A stretch of 64,000 nt of DNA from Octopus vulgaris. Its lineage: Eukaryota. The stretch is taken from the NCBI GenBank assembly GCA_951406725.2, contig OX597820.1, positions 117,986,001 through 118,050,000 of the forward strand. The letters run 5' to 3'. Positions 1 to 15,605 of the stretch are shown here, one piece after another. Within the stretch, counting starts at the first letter, position 1. Each line of letters opens with the position of its first letter. Made by a program: the position numbers and the translations under genes. The notes under the pieces are model-generated. The model ran no database searches. It was not told the origin of the DNA and saw only the letters and a program-made list of their open reading frames with translations.

Positions 1-822
1 CGCCATGTTGATGGTGATGATGACAGACAAAGACCAATACTGGAGCGAAACAGACGGGAACAAAGACACCATCAAAGAGTTGGCAGATGGTGTTGTTGTT
101 GTTGTTGTTGTTGTTACATCTTGCGTTATGTTTCTTTTGTCTTCGAAAAGTTTAGTTAATTGAAGCAGTTTTGATCTCGGTTCTAGCTGCCATTTTGAAA
201 GTTGGCTTTGGCTGTTGTTTCTAACGACGGTAAGAGCACCCTTGCAGTTCTTTCTCGCTGGTTAATTCACTGAACAAGATTTAACAAGGGTATAGCTCTT
301 ATTCTAACCACCTCATGTCCTGACCATCACCTTCGATGTTCTATAATGGTCGATTCTATGCTTCCAGAGTTGACATTTCCTAGTAAAACTTTATTGATTA
401 TATAACCCTTTCATGTAACGGTTAAAATAGTCCGGCTTTTCGGTGTCCTGACTATAAAAGCGTCCATGTTTCACGACCACCTAACAATGCCGATATCTTC
501 ATAAAGCATATATCATTTTTGGCGTCCAATTTTTTCTTCTTAAACACACATTTTGCTTTACGTTACGCTTTTTCATCTAAATTAAGCGCCATGATTATAT
601 TCGTTTTAGGATTAACGTTATCATTAACGTAAGGGCTGCCCCACCCCGGTACTTTTGTGAAAGGTTGCTCATAAAGATTTTAACACACTTACCTTTGTTT
701 AATTAATTTGTTTAATTAGTTTGTGCAGGTTTGTTTCTTTTGTCTTGTCTGAAAATCTGTACATTTGTTTTTGACAATTCTTAATGGCCGCGATTTTGTT
801 TTTCCACGCTTTATTTTTATTT

Positions 823-1024
823 GCTTCAGGTATTAGACCGAGGCCATGCTGGGGCACCGCCTTGAAGAATTTTTAGTCGAATGAATCGACCTAGGCACTT
901 ATTTGTTTTTAAAAGCTTGGTACTTATTCTATCGGTTTTGTTTTGCCGAACCGCTAAGTCACGGGGACGTAAACATGCCAACTCCGGTTGATAAGCGGTG
1001 GTGAGGGACGAACATGGTCACAAC

Positions 1025-1058
<34 letters not shown>

Positions 1059-1250
1059 CACACACATACACACACACATACACACACACATGTGCGTGCG
1101 ATTATACATATAAACGATGAGCTTCTCTCAAATCCACTCACAAGGCTTTGGTCGGCCGGAGGTAATGGGTAGAAGACACTTGCTCAAGGTGCTACGCAGT
1201 GGAACCGAACCCAGAACCACGTGTTTGGTAAGCAAGCCTCTTACCACGCA
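823..1250 (-). mobile_element. SINE-A, older subfamily
   Basis: GCCATGCTGGGGCACCGCC, TTTTGCCGAACCGCTAAG and CCACTCACAAGGCTTTGGTCGGCC blocks. Confidence 0.8.
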
Positions 1251-2494
1251 CTGTGCATCGTACACAGAGCATTGTCGTAGACATATTGGATAATATATTC
1301 CTGGGCCACCTGCATATAAAAAAGATGGGATGATCACGGCTGGAGTGGCTTTGATCATAACTGATCAATAAGAACTGACCTGGGCAAAATCAACAACTGA
1401 CAAGTAACAATGAAGCCTTTATGTAGTCGGTCTACGCGCTAGAAATAGTAGTCATATATCCTTTAATCCATGCCGTTCCATCTTAGGGGAGCATACGTTG
1501 GATAAGTGTTGTGGGGTTTTCTGCTCGTAAAATAGAATACGATGGTCACAGCTGGAGTGCCTTTGCTCATAGGTCGGCTTAATCACGGCTGATCTAAAGC
1601 TAAATAACTACAAAAATAACAGGATATTAACCGCTGGCACGCTTATGTTCAATGAACTGCTCGAACAGGACATACCTGGAGCTAAACAACGACAATAGCA
1701 GCCACAATAACAACAGTAACAACTGTATGAGTATTAAGTTTGTCTTGAGCTCCTAGGGGTCATAAAGCCAGAGCTTAAACCAATTTCTATGGCGTATAAG
1801 TGGCTGAGATCAAACACTACTCCTGGATAGGACGCCGTTTCACCGCAGGGTTAACTTCGCGGTTATCCTTGGAACATATTTACAGCTGAGGGAATTGGAA
1901 CACCGTGAAATGAGGTGTTTTGCTCAAGAATACAACGCATCACCCGGTCCAGGGATCGAAACTAGGATGTTTTTAGTGTTGGTATATTCACGAATATACC
2001 AACACTAGCACCACTGAGGGTAATATTCTCCGCGAACGCATAAAACCCTTTTCAGAGTTATTTACTTTGAATTGTTATCATCTCATATCTGATCAACCTG
2101 TTATTACGCAACATGCTTCATGATTTTAGTATGCATACCTTATTAGTATTTCTTCCTAAGTTCTATATACTCTGAGAACGCATTAAAACCCTTTTGGAGG
2201 CTACTTTATCTGAATTCTTACTATCAGGTAACTAATTTCATGTTATTACATAAGTGACTTCATTATTCGGGTATTCATAACTTATTGGGAATTCCTAAAA
2301 ACAAGATCCTGTGTAAGACAGTTCGGTATTCTCTGTAAATGCACAAAAATCGTCTTAAGGGCAACATAATTTGTATTGTTGTTATTGGATTAGCGAAACA
2401 ACTATGAGAATGGAACCAAGGGATAAGCCCTGCTTTCCCCGGAATTACCGGTACGTTAACTAGTGGCTTTAATTAAAGCTAAACATTATCCTCA

Positions 2495-3061
2495 TTTTTC
2501 ATCATCATCAACATCATCACTATCACCACTGCAATCGTCACCATCAACACCACAACAACAACCACCACCACCGCCACCATTACCGCCGTCATCATTATCA
2601 TCATCATCATCATCATCATCAGCGTCATCGTCGTCATCGTCGTCGTCGTCGTCGTCCTCCTCCTCCTCCTTCTCCTCCTCCTCCTCCACCACCACATCCT
2701 CCTCCTCCTCCACCACATCCTCCTCCTCCTCCACCACATCCTCCTCCTCCTTCTCCCCTCCTCCCCTCCTCCCCTCCTACATCACCTCTCCCTCCTCCAT
2801 CACCTCCCCTCCTCTATCCCCTCCCCTCCTCCACCACCTCCTCAACCACCACCACCTCCTCCTGCTCCTCCTCCTCCTCCTTCTCCTCCTCATCATCATC
2901 ATCAACACCGGTTCATTTGTTTATATTTTGGCTTACATTTTTACATTTGGCAGCAAAAGCCAAACAATTTGGAACATTTTTACGGTTTTTCACTTTTATT
3001 GAATTATAGAAAATATTGCTAAATGTGGGGCAGAAGACGTGGGCACTTGTGGCAGACACAT

Positions 3062-3094
<33 letters not shown>

Positions 3095-3223
3095 ACATAC
3101 ACACAGAGACACACATACACACACACACAGAGACAGACAGACAGAGACAGACACAGACAGACACAGACAATCACACATACACACACATACACACATACGC
3201 ACACACTCTCTCACACACACACA

Positions 3224-3259
<36 letters not shown>

Positions 3260-4525
3260 CTCTCTCACACACTCTTTCTCTCACACACACATACCAAACA
3301 TACATACGCTTTTATTCATACAGTACACTCAAACACATTCACGCACACACACAAACACACACACATACACACACAGCCACACACACATACACACGCAAGA
3401 GTGCGTTGAAATATACACTCACAGAAAGAGTAAGGGAGAGAGAAGGAGAAAAGACCTGAGAGAAACTTTAAAACGAGAGAAATATCGAGATATCTGATGT
3501 CAAATCGGCGGCGCCCAAACGACAAGCAGTACCAAAACGTCTCAAAGTCGGGCTCTTTCACACCACTTTTATTTCTCTCTCTGTGTGTGGAGGAGACGAG
3601 ATATTGGCACCCATCATCATCATCATCTTCTTCTTCTTCTTCTTCTTCTTCTTCTTCTTCTTCTTCTTCTTCTTCTTCTTCTTCTTCATTATCATCATCA
3701 TCATCATCAGCATCATCATCATCATCTTCTTCTTCTTCTTCTTCTTCTTCTTCTTCTTCTTCTTCTTCTTCTTCTTCTTCTTCTTCTTCTTCATTGGAAT
3801 CTCGCACATGAGAGCTAAACCAAAGACCAAGTCTTCAACAAGGATTTTAGTATTTCGTTTATTTTTCTACGGACGCTACAGCAAAAAGATCAGTCCTAAC
3901 ACCACCACCACCACCACCACCACCACCACCATCAACACTCTTATCCGCCGCAGCTCCCCGCAAAATTACAATACCACCACCACAAACACTGCCCCCCCAC
4001 CATCACCATCACCATTGCAATCATTAGCACCACCGTCATCATCAGTAGCTGCACTGCCACCACCACCACCGCCATCAGCACCACTAGCAACATCACCACC
4101 TCCAACAACACTCACCACCACCATCACGACGACGACGAAGACCACCACCACCACCACCACCACCACCACCACCACCATCGCCCCAACCATCACCCCCGCC
4201 GTCACCACCATCACCACCAGCATCGCCACCCCACCCCACCCCACAATCACTCCAGCCGTCATCCCCACCATCGCCACCCCACCCCACACCACAATCACTC
4301 CAGCCGTCATCCCCACCATCGCCGCCGCCACCACCACCACCACCACCACCACCACCGCCACGACGACGACGACGAAGACCACCACCACCACCACCACCAC
4401 CGTCGCCGCCGCCGCCGCCGCCGCCACCACCACCACCACCACCACCACCACCACCACCACCACCACCACCACCACCACCACCACCACCACCACAACCACC
4501 GCCGCCGCCACCACCACCACCACCA
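2495..4525. repeat. Compound trinucleotide/dinucleotide block ((CAT)n, (CCT)n, (CA)n, (TTC)n, (ACC)n)
   Basis: Direct inspection. Similar blocks lie at 14400-14960, 17855-18340 and 46327-46487. Confidence 0.95.
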
Positions 4526-5101
4526 GATATTATAGAACCCCGGTTGGTTGTGAAAAGCTCTTGGTAACATCTTCAAGATTTGCAACTTGTTTGTTATGTT
4601 TGGATGGATTAATTAATTCCGTGTTTGTCTCACATTCTCTCTCCTATTATCTCCTCACCCGTCCGTCCGTCCGTCCGTCAACCAGACACCCTGTTCGTCT
4701 GCCTTGGCTCTCACTCTGTCTGTCTGTACGTCTCTCTCCCACCCCTATGCTCTGCAAACTCTTTCTCCACTCATTATTGACTCGATGCAATTTCTAACAA
4801 GCAAGTCGCGCGAGAAAAGACACCAACCAAGCCGAAGTGCCATTCTTGTAATTAAGAATGTCACTATGTTTAAGGGCTCATCGATTCTCCCCTAGCACCC
4901 CTTGCAGAGCAGGACAACACACAGACAGACGGACAGACACACACACACACAATATGTTGGTGTGTATCCCAGGAAACATGATAGGAGTTTAGTAAGTTAA
5001 CAGGGTAACGCTGTTAGTAATGATAGGCAGGGAGGAAGAAGAGAAGTAAAAGAATTAAAAAAAATAGAATAAAATATAATAATGTGCAACGGTACATTAT
5101 A

Positions 5102-5491
5102 GGCGCAGGAGTGGCTGTGTGGTAAGTAGCTTGCTTACGAACCACATGGTTCCGGGTTCAGTCCCACTGCGTGGCATCTTGGGCAAGTGTCTTCTGCTAT
5201 AGCCCCATGCCGATCAATGCCTTGTGAGTGGATTTGGTAGACGGAAACTGGAAAGAAGCCTGTCGTATATATGTATATATGTATATGGATGTGTGTGTGT
5301 GTGTTTGTCCCCCTAGCATTGCTTGACAACCGATGCTGGTGTGTTTACGTTCCCGTCACTTAGCGGTTCGGCAAAAGAGACCGATACAATAAGTACTGGG
5401 CTTACAAAGAATAAGTCCCACGGTCGATTTGCTCGACTAAAGGCGGTGCTCCAGCATGGCCGCAGTCAAATGACTGAAACAAGTAAAAGAG
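5102..5491 (+). mobile_element. SINE-A (tRNA-like head, CORE-like TTGGGCAAGT, internal (TA)/(TG) microsatellite, AAAAGAGT tail)
   Basis: A-box-like TGGCTGTGTGG, B-box-like GGTTCAGTCCC. At least 10 copies occur in the window. Confidence 0.88.
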
Positions 5492-5683
5492 TACAGAAGA
5501 CAATGGCGAATATGAATTCCTAAATATAATTTTTTAAAGATCACAGATATTAAAAGCTTTAAAAGTTCGTTGATATAAACGTTTTAAAAAAGTTTTAAAG
5601 GCTTTAAAAGTTTAAAACTGTTTTGTGAGGTTGTATATAATTGGACATAAAAGCAGCGTACACACACGTATACATACGTACGT

Positions 5684-5743
<60 letters not shown>

Positions 5744-7067
5744 ACACATATATATAAATGGTATTTCATCATTTCATTTTATCCGTTTCGGTTTTTCATT
5801 TCACTTCGAGTTTACTTGCATTTTCACTTTATTAGAGACATATTGCTTATTAAAGTAGCGCCTCACTTCCAAATTTTATATTTTGCTGGATATAGAAAAG
5901 GTTAAAAAAAACCCAAACAAACGAAAAACAGACAAAAATGAAAATATTAACTCAACTTCAAAATAGAAAGGATTTGACAGAAGCAAAACATCTTAATATA
6001 TGTTATTAAAAGACAAAGAAAATATCAGAGCCATTGGAGCCTAATCACTGGAACCTAATCGCTAGCACAACTGTGCTGCGTCTTATCCAATAATTTCCAA
6101 CAATCTACCTTATATGTATGTAGATACAATGCATATAACTGATTCTAATGAACACCTACCTCAGAAACAGCAGTAAAGAATTATTTTTACTTTTCTATCA
6201 TTTATGAAATTTTTCACTAGAAGTCTCATGGATTTTACTAACCAACCTCCCACTTTGAAGGGTATGCGTTTGCAATCCAGGAACAGGAAATATCAACCAA
6301 GTACCTTATTCACAAAAGAGATAGATATGCGGGAAAAGCCGTAAAGCAACCTGAATTCTTTTATATCCCATCAACGACATTACTGGCTGGATCTCCTGAA
6401 TTTGTACCTGTCTACGCCGAATCATTTGAACTGTCACACCTGGATTCTCTTGGTTTTTCCTGCTAAATATATATCTTTGTACCCTCTTCTGTTTAAAAAT
6501 GTTATAAATGGCTTGATGTCCCACAACGGTCTGTTCCAAATTTATTCTATTATACATACATGTCTGCATGCATGCATACATACATACATACATACATACA
6601 TACATTCATACATACATTCATACATACACACATAAATACATATATACATACATACATTCATACATACATTCATACATACATTCATACATACATTCACACA
6701 TACATACATACTTACGTATGTACGCATGTATGTATGTGTGAATGTAAATACACAAATATATACAGATACCCAAGTAACTACCTACATACCTACCTACCTA
6801 CACAGACACACACACACCTAGGCAGGCAGGTAAGTAGGTAATTAACTCACATATGTATAAACTAACTTCCACACATCATTACTCTACATCTGATAAGCTG
6901 ACCTCTTAACTTTTGTTATTCCAGGCTTAAATTTTCTGTAAGAAAAAAATCATTCCTGATGAATCTCTGAAACCAGATGAGAGCGCTAAATAAATAATTA
7001 TCCAAAATTCTGACTACATCGTTTTTCTTAATATATAAAACCCGTACATCACCCGTAAATCGTCGCT

Positions 7068-7301
7068 CTATCTGCGACGATTTCATCTCAATCGAAGAAG
7101 AGGGACTTTCTCCGTCCGGGTTGCGGATCCGTGGAATAAACTGCCAGACGAGATGGTGAAGATGCCGACGACCGCTCGGTTCAAAGTCTCCCTTGACCTC
7201 AAGTGGCCTGAACTCTTTACATGAACACCACCCTGTACATAACTCCATGTCCCCCTACATGGCCTTGCTTTTTGCTTTTTGAGCCAAAAAATTAACTAAC
7301 T
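7068..7301 (+). mobile_element. CR1-type LINE 3' end with (AACT)n tail
   Basis: Translates as NRRRGTFSVRVADPWNKLPDEMVKMPTTARFKVSLDLKWPELFT*, a CR1-like C-terminus (WN.LP...FK..LD). A second copy is at 55328-55552. Confidence 0.75.
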
Positions 7302-8390
7302 ATCTATCACTTCCAACAATCTATACATACATACATACATACATACATACATACATACATACATACATACATACATACATACATACATACATACATACAT
7401 AAATGCATGTATGTATGTAGAGTGGATGTATTTATGTTAGCATGTTTAATAGCTGTAAGACAAAACTAATACAAATTAATACAACACTTCTACCTCCGCT
7501 ATGCAACATCATTCGAAACTGGTGTTATATTTCACAGAAAAAGTATGAACAATATGTACACAAACAGACAAACATACACACACACCTTTACGAGCAGAAC
7601 AGTTACATTCATGTAAGCGCCTATCAATACATTAGAAAATGGAGGCAAAAAAATATGAATCTTCTCAACAACAATTATTATTCTACTTGTGTTGAATAAC
7701 AGAGCTGACAGTCGTGCTTTTTATTTCAGGCTGTGAACAATCTCACTAATTTTTGCTATAATTACTGTTGTGTATGGAACATGTGGAAATATGGAAATTC
7801 TGCTTATCTCAATTTATTCCAGTAATATTGTCTCAGCTTCTATGAATAATGGTTCTTCTTTTAGTCAATACTTTTGTATAATTTTTATGATTCAGCATTA
7901 TACAAATGCACACGCATTACACGTATACACACACATATACTCCGGACGTTGTAGTTGCGAAGTAACGTTTTAATCATTCGGCTATATACATACGTACATA
8001 CACACATGTATATGTATGTATGTATATATGTATGTAAGTATGCATTTATACATACACACACGCACACGCACATACACACGCCTGCGCACGCAGAAGGTGC
8101 ATTCCAGAGGGTCTGAGACTCTTTTAGGAGTGGTAGTTATAACTGTTCTAGATGATTATAAATTTAGTACATCTAATAAGCTGACCTGCCACTTTTTGTT
8201 ATTCCAGATTGAAAAACACCGCTGGAAAATTGCTTTGAAAACAACCTACTAAACACTGCTTGACAGCTGACAAGTTTGCAGTTTATGCAGACAGGATGTG
8301 AAGACTATTTAGAAGATCACAATGCAATGAAGGGCCTTTTTTTTTATTTATTAAACTGGGAAAAATTGCTACAGACATTTATGTATGTAT

Positions 8391-8682
8391 GTTCCTTCTC
8401 GAGCCATGCCTGGCTCATAAGGGCCGGTTTCCCGGTTTCATTGGCGTGTAGGTTCCCCACCTGGACGGGACGCCGGTCCGTCGCAGGTGAGCTGCAAGAT
8501 GCAGGAGGAAAGAGTGAGAGAAAGTTGTGGCGAAAGAGTCAGCAGAAGATTCGCCATTACCTTCTGCCGGGATCGCGTGGAGCTTAGGTGTTTTCGCTCA
8601 AAAACACACACATCGCCCGGTCTGAGATTCGAACCCGCTATCCCTCAACCGCTGCTCTAACCACTAGGCCATGTGCCTCCAC
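8391..8682 (-). mobile_element. SINE-C: tRNA-derived SINE with a V-domain-like block
   Basis: The minus strand reads TGGCCTAGTGGTTAG...GGTTCGAATCTC (A/B boxes) and CCTGCGACGGACCGGCGTCCCGTCCAGG, which resembles the V-SINE core. Confidence 0.72.
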
Positions 8683-8897
8683 ATGATCAGACATTTATGA
8701 AATGCCCCAGACTGATTCTGGATTAAGTTGTATGAACCGAACCAGAAAGCCAGCACAGCCATTTCATACTCACGTTACAGGCCATTTGCGATTTCTGTTC
8801 TAGTAGCATTTGCCAAGGCAACCACCACCAGATTTGCTGATCATCAAGCGTGTCCTTGGTCCGGTAACTTGACTCACCTGAACTCATTAGCGAATTA

Positions 8898-9102
8898 CTC
8901 TTTACTCTTTTACTCTTTTACTTGTTTCAGTCATTTGACTGCGGCCATGCTGGAGCACCGCCTTTAGTCGAGCAAATCAACCCTGGGACTTATTCTTTGT
9001 AAGCCCAGTACTTATTCTATCGGTCTCTTTTGCCGAACCGCTAGGACGTAAACACACCAGCATCGGTTGTCAAGCAATGCTAGGGGGACAAACACAGACA
9101 CA

Positions 9103-9189
<87 letters not shown>

Positions 9190-9369
9190 GTATATATATA
9201 TATACGACAGGCTTCTTTCCAGCTTCCGTCTACCAAATCCACTCACAAGGCATTGGTCGGCCCGAGGCTTATAGCAGAAGACACTTGCCCAAGATGCCAC
9301 GCAGTGGGACTGAACCCGGAACCATGTGGTTGGTTAGCAAGCTACTTACCACACAGCCACTCCTGCGCC
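8898..9369 (-). mobile_element. SINE-A, full length
   Basis: Reverse complement of the 5102 copy, with a long internal (CA)n and a repeated TACTCTTT tail. Confidence 0.88.
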
Positions 9370-9442
9370 TATGTGTGGAATATAATTAAAAAGAAGCAAC
9401 TCAGGCTTCTATCACCCTCGAACAGTTTATTTTCCTCTACAC

Positions 9443-9753
9443 CAGAGGTTCTCAAACTTTTTGGGCCACCGCATCCTCATGGCCTCAGCGGCCCCACCCT
9501 TGTTTTTACGTGTAAATAAATATTTTATATTTTACTAATTTATATCTACTATCAATCATTTGATATTTAATATAATATTACATAATTTGTATACATTACT
9601 ATAATAATATTATAAAAATTCATAGCGTCCCCCAATCCACTGCCTTCTTCCCAAAGCCTCCTTTTTCTCTATTGCCCCCTTTAGATACCAGCGCCCATCT
9701 GAACCCTCTAAACGCCCACCAGGAGGCGGTAGCGCCCACTTTCAGAATCTATG
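9443..9753. mobile_element. hAT-type MITE
   Basis: Termini CAGAGGTTCTCAAACT / ACTTTCAGAATCTATG (imperfect TIR) and an 8 bp TSD CTCTACAC / CTCTACAT. Confidence 0.72.
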
Positions 9754-10081
9754 CTCTACATCACCACAAATTCAGGTTGTTATTGAATCGAAAGAAACCT
9801 CAAACAAGTACTATGAGACATTTCGTGATTATCTTCCATTTTCTGTGAAACTTGTTCTGTTGATATATATTCTGGAAATTCACTTATTACAGTTCAATAT
9901 TTTGAATTATTCGATTTTGAATGGAAGTTATAAATGTTAAGTTTATGTCAACAAAATATTAGAAATAGATCGATTTTGATTTAGTGGGCGATTGAAATTT
10001 TGCCGCTCGGACTTATCTAGGTTTTGCATAAAATTCTACTTTTCTGTGAACCCCGCTTCTTTCCTTCTCTCCCCTCCACAT

Positions 10082-10163
<82 letters not shown>

Positions 10164-10463
10164 ACACAAGGACCCACACACACGGACACAGAAACACACA
10201 CATAGGTGAACATGCAAGTACACGCACACACACACACATAGAAACTTAAACATATATGTTCGTGACAAGAATATATATTTCGTAGATATGACGAAAATAT
10301 CTCTTCATGCAGCCGCAGTTTGTCGTAGGGCTCAATGAAATAAAAAATGATTCAGGTATCAGAAGGACAATATATAAATACAGAAAATAGTTTGAAAAAA
10401 AAGACGTGACAAAAAGATCAAAGTACATTTCAATACATTAAAATATACATACATATTCTATTT

Positions 10464-10528
<65 letters not shown>

Positions 10529-10599
10529 TCTATTTATCATAAATATATATATATGTATATTCTATTTATCATATATATATATATATATATATATTTATC

Positions 10600-10636
<37 letters not shown>

Positions 10637-10719
10637 TATTTATCATATATATATATATATACACACAATTTTTAAAAAGTGTTTATCTTAATTTATATTA
10701 AACATGCCATTCCATTGAA

Positions 10720-11078
<359 letters not shown>

Positions 11079-11296
11079 CACGCACACACCTACATATACA
11101 ATACTGCAATATATATTTTTTGACATAGAGAAATATTTCACGTGTAAAAAAGATTTTGAATAATTTCGATGAAAAACGAGAAAAAAATAACCAGATGAGA
11201 GTGTTGATAGAATGAATATTTCATATTTAAATGTAATTAACACGCTGCAATAGTAGTTGGGCTATACGTACTAAAATATACACACACACATGTATA

Positions 11297-11390
<94 letters not shown>

Positions 11391-11873
11391 CATATATACA
11401 TTAAAATACATATATACTTATATTATCACACACACACATATGCGTAGAATAAAATGCATATATACATATATTGAAATATATGTATATTGAAATACGTATA
11501 TGTATATATTAATATTCATAAATACGTACATTAAAATACATATCTATGTTTTAAAATACACGTATACATATATTTAAATAGTTATACATATATACACATG
11601 CATACACACACATATTGCATATGATAAACATACGTATATATAAATATATGTATGTATATACTAACTGCAGCAACAAACTATAAAACAATGAGAAGTTAGC
11701 GTTAATTAGAGGCTAAAATCTCAACACACGAGCGACTAAATAAAGCAATAATTTGCTAAAATTGTTGATTAATGAATGCTCTTTTGCGTGTAGACATCGT
11801 CAGTAAAATTCCAGTGAATTTTAGAGAATTTCAGAGTAATTCACCAGTCAGATACGAATGGCAGTAGATGTGT

Positions 11874-11952
<79 letters not shown>

Positions 11953-12339
11953 TTGGTGCAATCTATGAAAATTAATAATGACTCTACTTATTGACAAGTC
12001 TAGGGGATATTATTTTAATCACACGCAATGTTGTCGTTACAAGAAATTCAATAATCACAATTATTATTATCATCATCATCATCATCATCATCATCAACAT
12101 CATCATCACTTTTTTTCTTTTGTATTGTTATTGTAATGTTCTTCCCAATCCTATATTAATTTGTATTTATGACACTTTTTCTTTTGTTTCATGTTTATAG
12201 TTTTGCACATATATTTTCTGCTGAAATAAGATTATCAAAAAAGAAAAAAAAAAGACAAAATAATTGTTATATTTAAAAAAAAAAATTCCTAGACGTCTTC
12301 TCTCTTCCTGTTTCTCACTCTCTTTCTTTACATATAAAC

Positions 12340-12390
<51 letters not shown>

Positions 12391-12392
12391 TG

Positions 12393-12426
<34 letters not shown>

Positions 12427-12557
12427 TGCATATATATACATATATATGCATATATATGCATATATATGAATACATATGTACACACACACATATATATGTA
12501 CACCTACATACATGCACATACACTCACGCACACATGATATGCTTAGATGTCATTATG

Positions 12558-12635
<78 letters not shown>

Positions 12636-13147
12636 TTACATGCATATATTTATATGTATATTATGTAAAATATTTTTCTCATTTCCATTAAAATCTAACA
12701 TTTGGGAAATTTATTTTTGCAACTCATATCCCAGTTTAAAATGAAGCACAATGTGTCATTCTTTTTAATATTTTTCTCTTCATCTTTCTATCCATTATTC
12801 CTTTCATTCTTTTACTGGTTTCGGTGATTGCCTGCAACCAAATAATGGCACTGTCTCCAAGAGCTTTAGTCAATTATAATCTCCGCAGAAAATGACAGTG
12901 ACTTGGTCGAACTCTGCGAAGAGAATGGATGTGATGCAATTTGCCTTCCTGTAGAGAAAGGTTTCAGAGAATCTGTAGGAGCATTCGATGCTCAGAAGTC
13001 TTAGATTAATTGGGAAGGAGACAAAGGATGTCACCAGAAGATCGTCGGAAACTGTTGAAATAGTGAACCGTTACATCTGGCTCAAGAAAGAAAGAGATAG
13101 ATAGATAGATAGATAGAGATAGATAGATAGATAGATAGATAGATAGC

Positions 13148-13233
<86 letters not shown>

Positions 13234-13286
13234 AAATGATGCAGAAAGGACAAGTGTTGAGGATGTTAGAAACATCTGGCTCAGAA

Positions 13287-13519
13287 GGCGGCGAGCTGGC
13301 AGAAACGTTAGCACACCGGGCGAAATGCTTAGCAGTATTTCGTCTGCCGTTACGTTCTGAGTTCAAATTCCGCCGAGGTCGACTTTGCCTTTCATCCTTT
13401 CGGGGGTCGATAAATTAAAGTACCAGTTACGCACTGGGGTCGATGTAATCGACTTAATCCGTTTGTCTGTCCTTGTTTGTCCCCTCTATGTTTAGCCCCT
13501 TGTGGGCAATAAAGAAATA
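13287..13519 (+). mobile_element. SINE-B full-length monomer (tRNA-like head, Nin/Deu-like core, Tx1-like tail) with ~18 bp TSD
   Basis: Head GGCGGCGAGCTGGCAGAAACGTTAG, B-box GAGTTCAAATTCC, core GCCTTTCATCCTTTCGGGGTCGATAAATTAAAGTACC. TSD AGAAACATCTGGCTCAGA at 13268-13285 and 13520-13537. Confidence 0.9.
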
Positions 13520-15349
13520 AGAAACATCTGGCTCAGAGTTGTAACGTCTGACTCAACAAAGCTCCAGTTGTTGGTCGGGAGTTTTGTCATCTGCAGCGGG
13601 GTGGTGGTGGTGGTGGAATCGGGTAGCACTGGTATCACGGTGGAAGAGGCCGAAACATCTACGGAGCTGCTTCACTGACTGAACCGATCTCATTCAAGTT
13701 AGATTGCTGGTCCTTGAGCAAGACACTTCATTTCATGTTGCTCCAGTCTACTCAACTGGCAAAAGAGATTTGTTCCTGTCATTCAAAAGGGCCAGCCTTG
13801 TCACATTCTGTGTCACATTTTGAATCTTCCTGAGAACTATGTTAAGAGTACATGCGTCTGTGGAGTACTCAGCCACTTGCACGTTAATGTCACGTGCAGG
13901 CTGTTCTGTCGATCTGATCGTCGTCGTAACCGACGGAGAGCCAGTTATCTCCCGTTAGTATTAAAGAAGTCGGTGACAGAGAGAGAGAGAGAGAGAGAGG
14001 AAGTACGTTTGTCTGAAGAAACCTTCCTATCAGTTCTTTAAGATATTAACAACAACAACAAACATCACCAGCACCGTCACCAATACATTTGGTGATGGTA
14101 ACAACAACAACAACAACAAAACAACAACTACAACGGCAGCAGCAACAACAACATCTCCACCAACTTCACCAGAAACACAGTCGTGACTTCTGAAATCCAT
14201 GGGACTGAGGAAAGGAAGCCGACCGCTGGCAGATTGGATACCATCATCACCAGCAGCAGTAGCAGCAGCAGCAGCAAAAACATTCTGCGTCGACCACTAG
14301 AACCGAAACCACGACCAATGCGTTCACTACCGCTGCTTACACAGCAGCTACAACAGCCTCGTCCGCATCATCATCATCGTCATCATCATTAGCACTCTCC
14401 TTCCCTCGACCTCCTCCTACTCCTCATCGACATCATCGTCGTCTTCATCATCATAATCATCATCCCCATCATGCTCCTTCCCTCTTCCTCCTCCTCCTCT
14501 TCTTCCTTCTCTTGCTCCTTCCCTCATCACCCCTTCCTCCTCTTCCTCCTCCTCTTCCTCCTCCTCTTCCTCCTCTTCTTCCTCCTCTTCTTCCTCCTCT
14601 TCTTCCTCCTCTTCTTCCTCCTCCTCTTCCTTCTCTTGCTCCTTCCCTCATCACCCCTTCCTCCTCTTCCTCCTCTTCTTCCTCCTCTTCCTCCTTCCCT
14701 CATCATTCTCTTCCTCCCCTCTTCTTCTTCTCCTCTTCTTCTTCTTCTTCTTCTTCTTCTTCTTCTTCCTCCTCCTCTTCTTCTTCTTCCTCCTCTTCTT
14801 CTTCTTCCTCCTCTTCTTCTTCCTCTTCTTCTTCTTCTTCCTCCTCCTCTTCCTCCTTTCCTCATCATTCTCTTTCTCCCCCTCTTCTTCTTCCCCCCCT
14901 CCTCCTTCTCTTCCTCCCCCTCCTCCTCCCACCACTACACCTTCATTATCATCATTATCACGAACAACATCTTTTGAGCTTTCGCTAAAGACTCCATCGA
15001 ATGGAATTCGGACTGCCTCGAAAAATCCTGAAGAATGGTAAGCTGTGATCAGCAGCGAAGCCATGCTTTCAAGATTTCGCTCGTTTAGGTTCCAACGATG
15101 GTCAGAGCGGCAGGAACGTCCGGATCATGAGAGGTACTCAATGACATCCTGCTCGAACTGGAATGGGGCTGGTTCATGCAGAGGACATCGCAAAGATGGT
15201 GTCGGACACCTTGGAAATCGATGTGGTAGGCACGGTGGATAAAAACTGGAATGAGCCTGAAGGTGGGTAGCCAGTCTTATTCTGAAAAATGGGCTGAGAG
15301 TACCTTGCACTAATTTACCTTATGTGTATGTAAATATACCGCATATAGC

Positions 15350-15520
15350 CGAGGTGCAGACGTGGCTGTGTGGTAAGAAGCTTGCTTCCTAACCACATGG
15401 TTCCAGTTTCGGTCCCACAGCGTGGTACCTTGGGCAAGTGTCTTCCGTTATAGCTTCGGACCGACCACCAAAGTCGTGTTAGTGGATTTGGTAGACAGAA
15501 ACTGAAAGGAACCCGTCGTG

Positions 15521-15605
<85 letters not shown>

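Noticed and set aside
300-650. Old RTE RT fragment on the minus strand (LLGGRETWTL)
   Set aside because: A single short motif among stops is insufficient evidence without a search.
2463-4797. Long ORFs of 179 and 404 aa, mucin-like poly-S/poly-T
   Set aside because: They are stop-free trinucleotide microsatellites open in several frames on both strands, with no complex coding sequence.
13287-13375. tRNA gene
   Set aside because: A/B-box-like motifs continue into the SINE core and tail with a TSD, and I could not form a proper cloverleaf.
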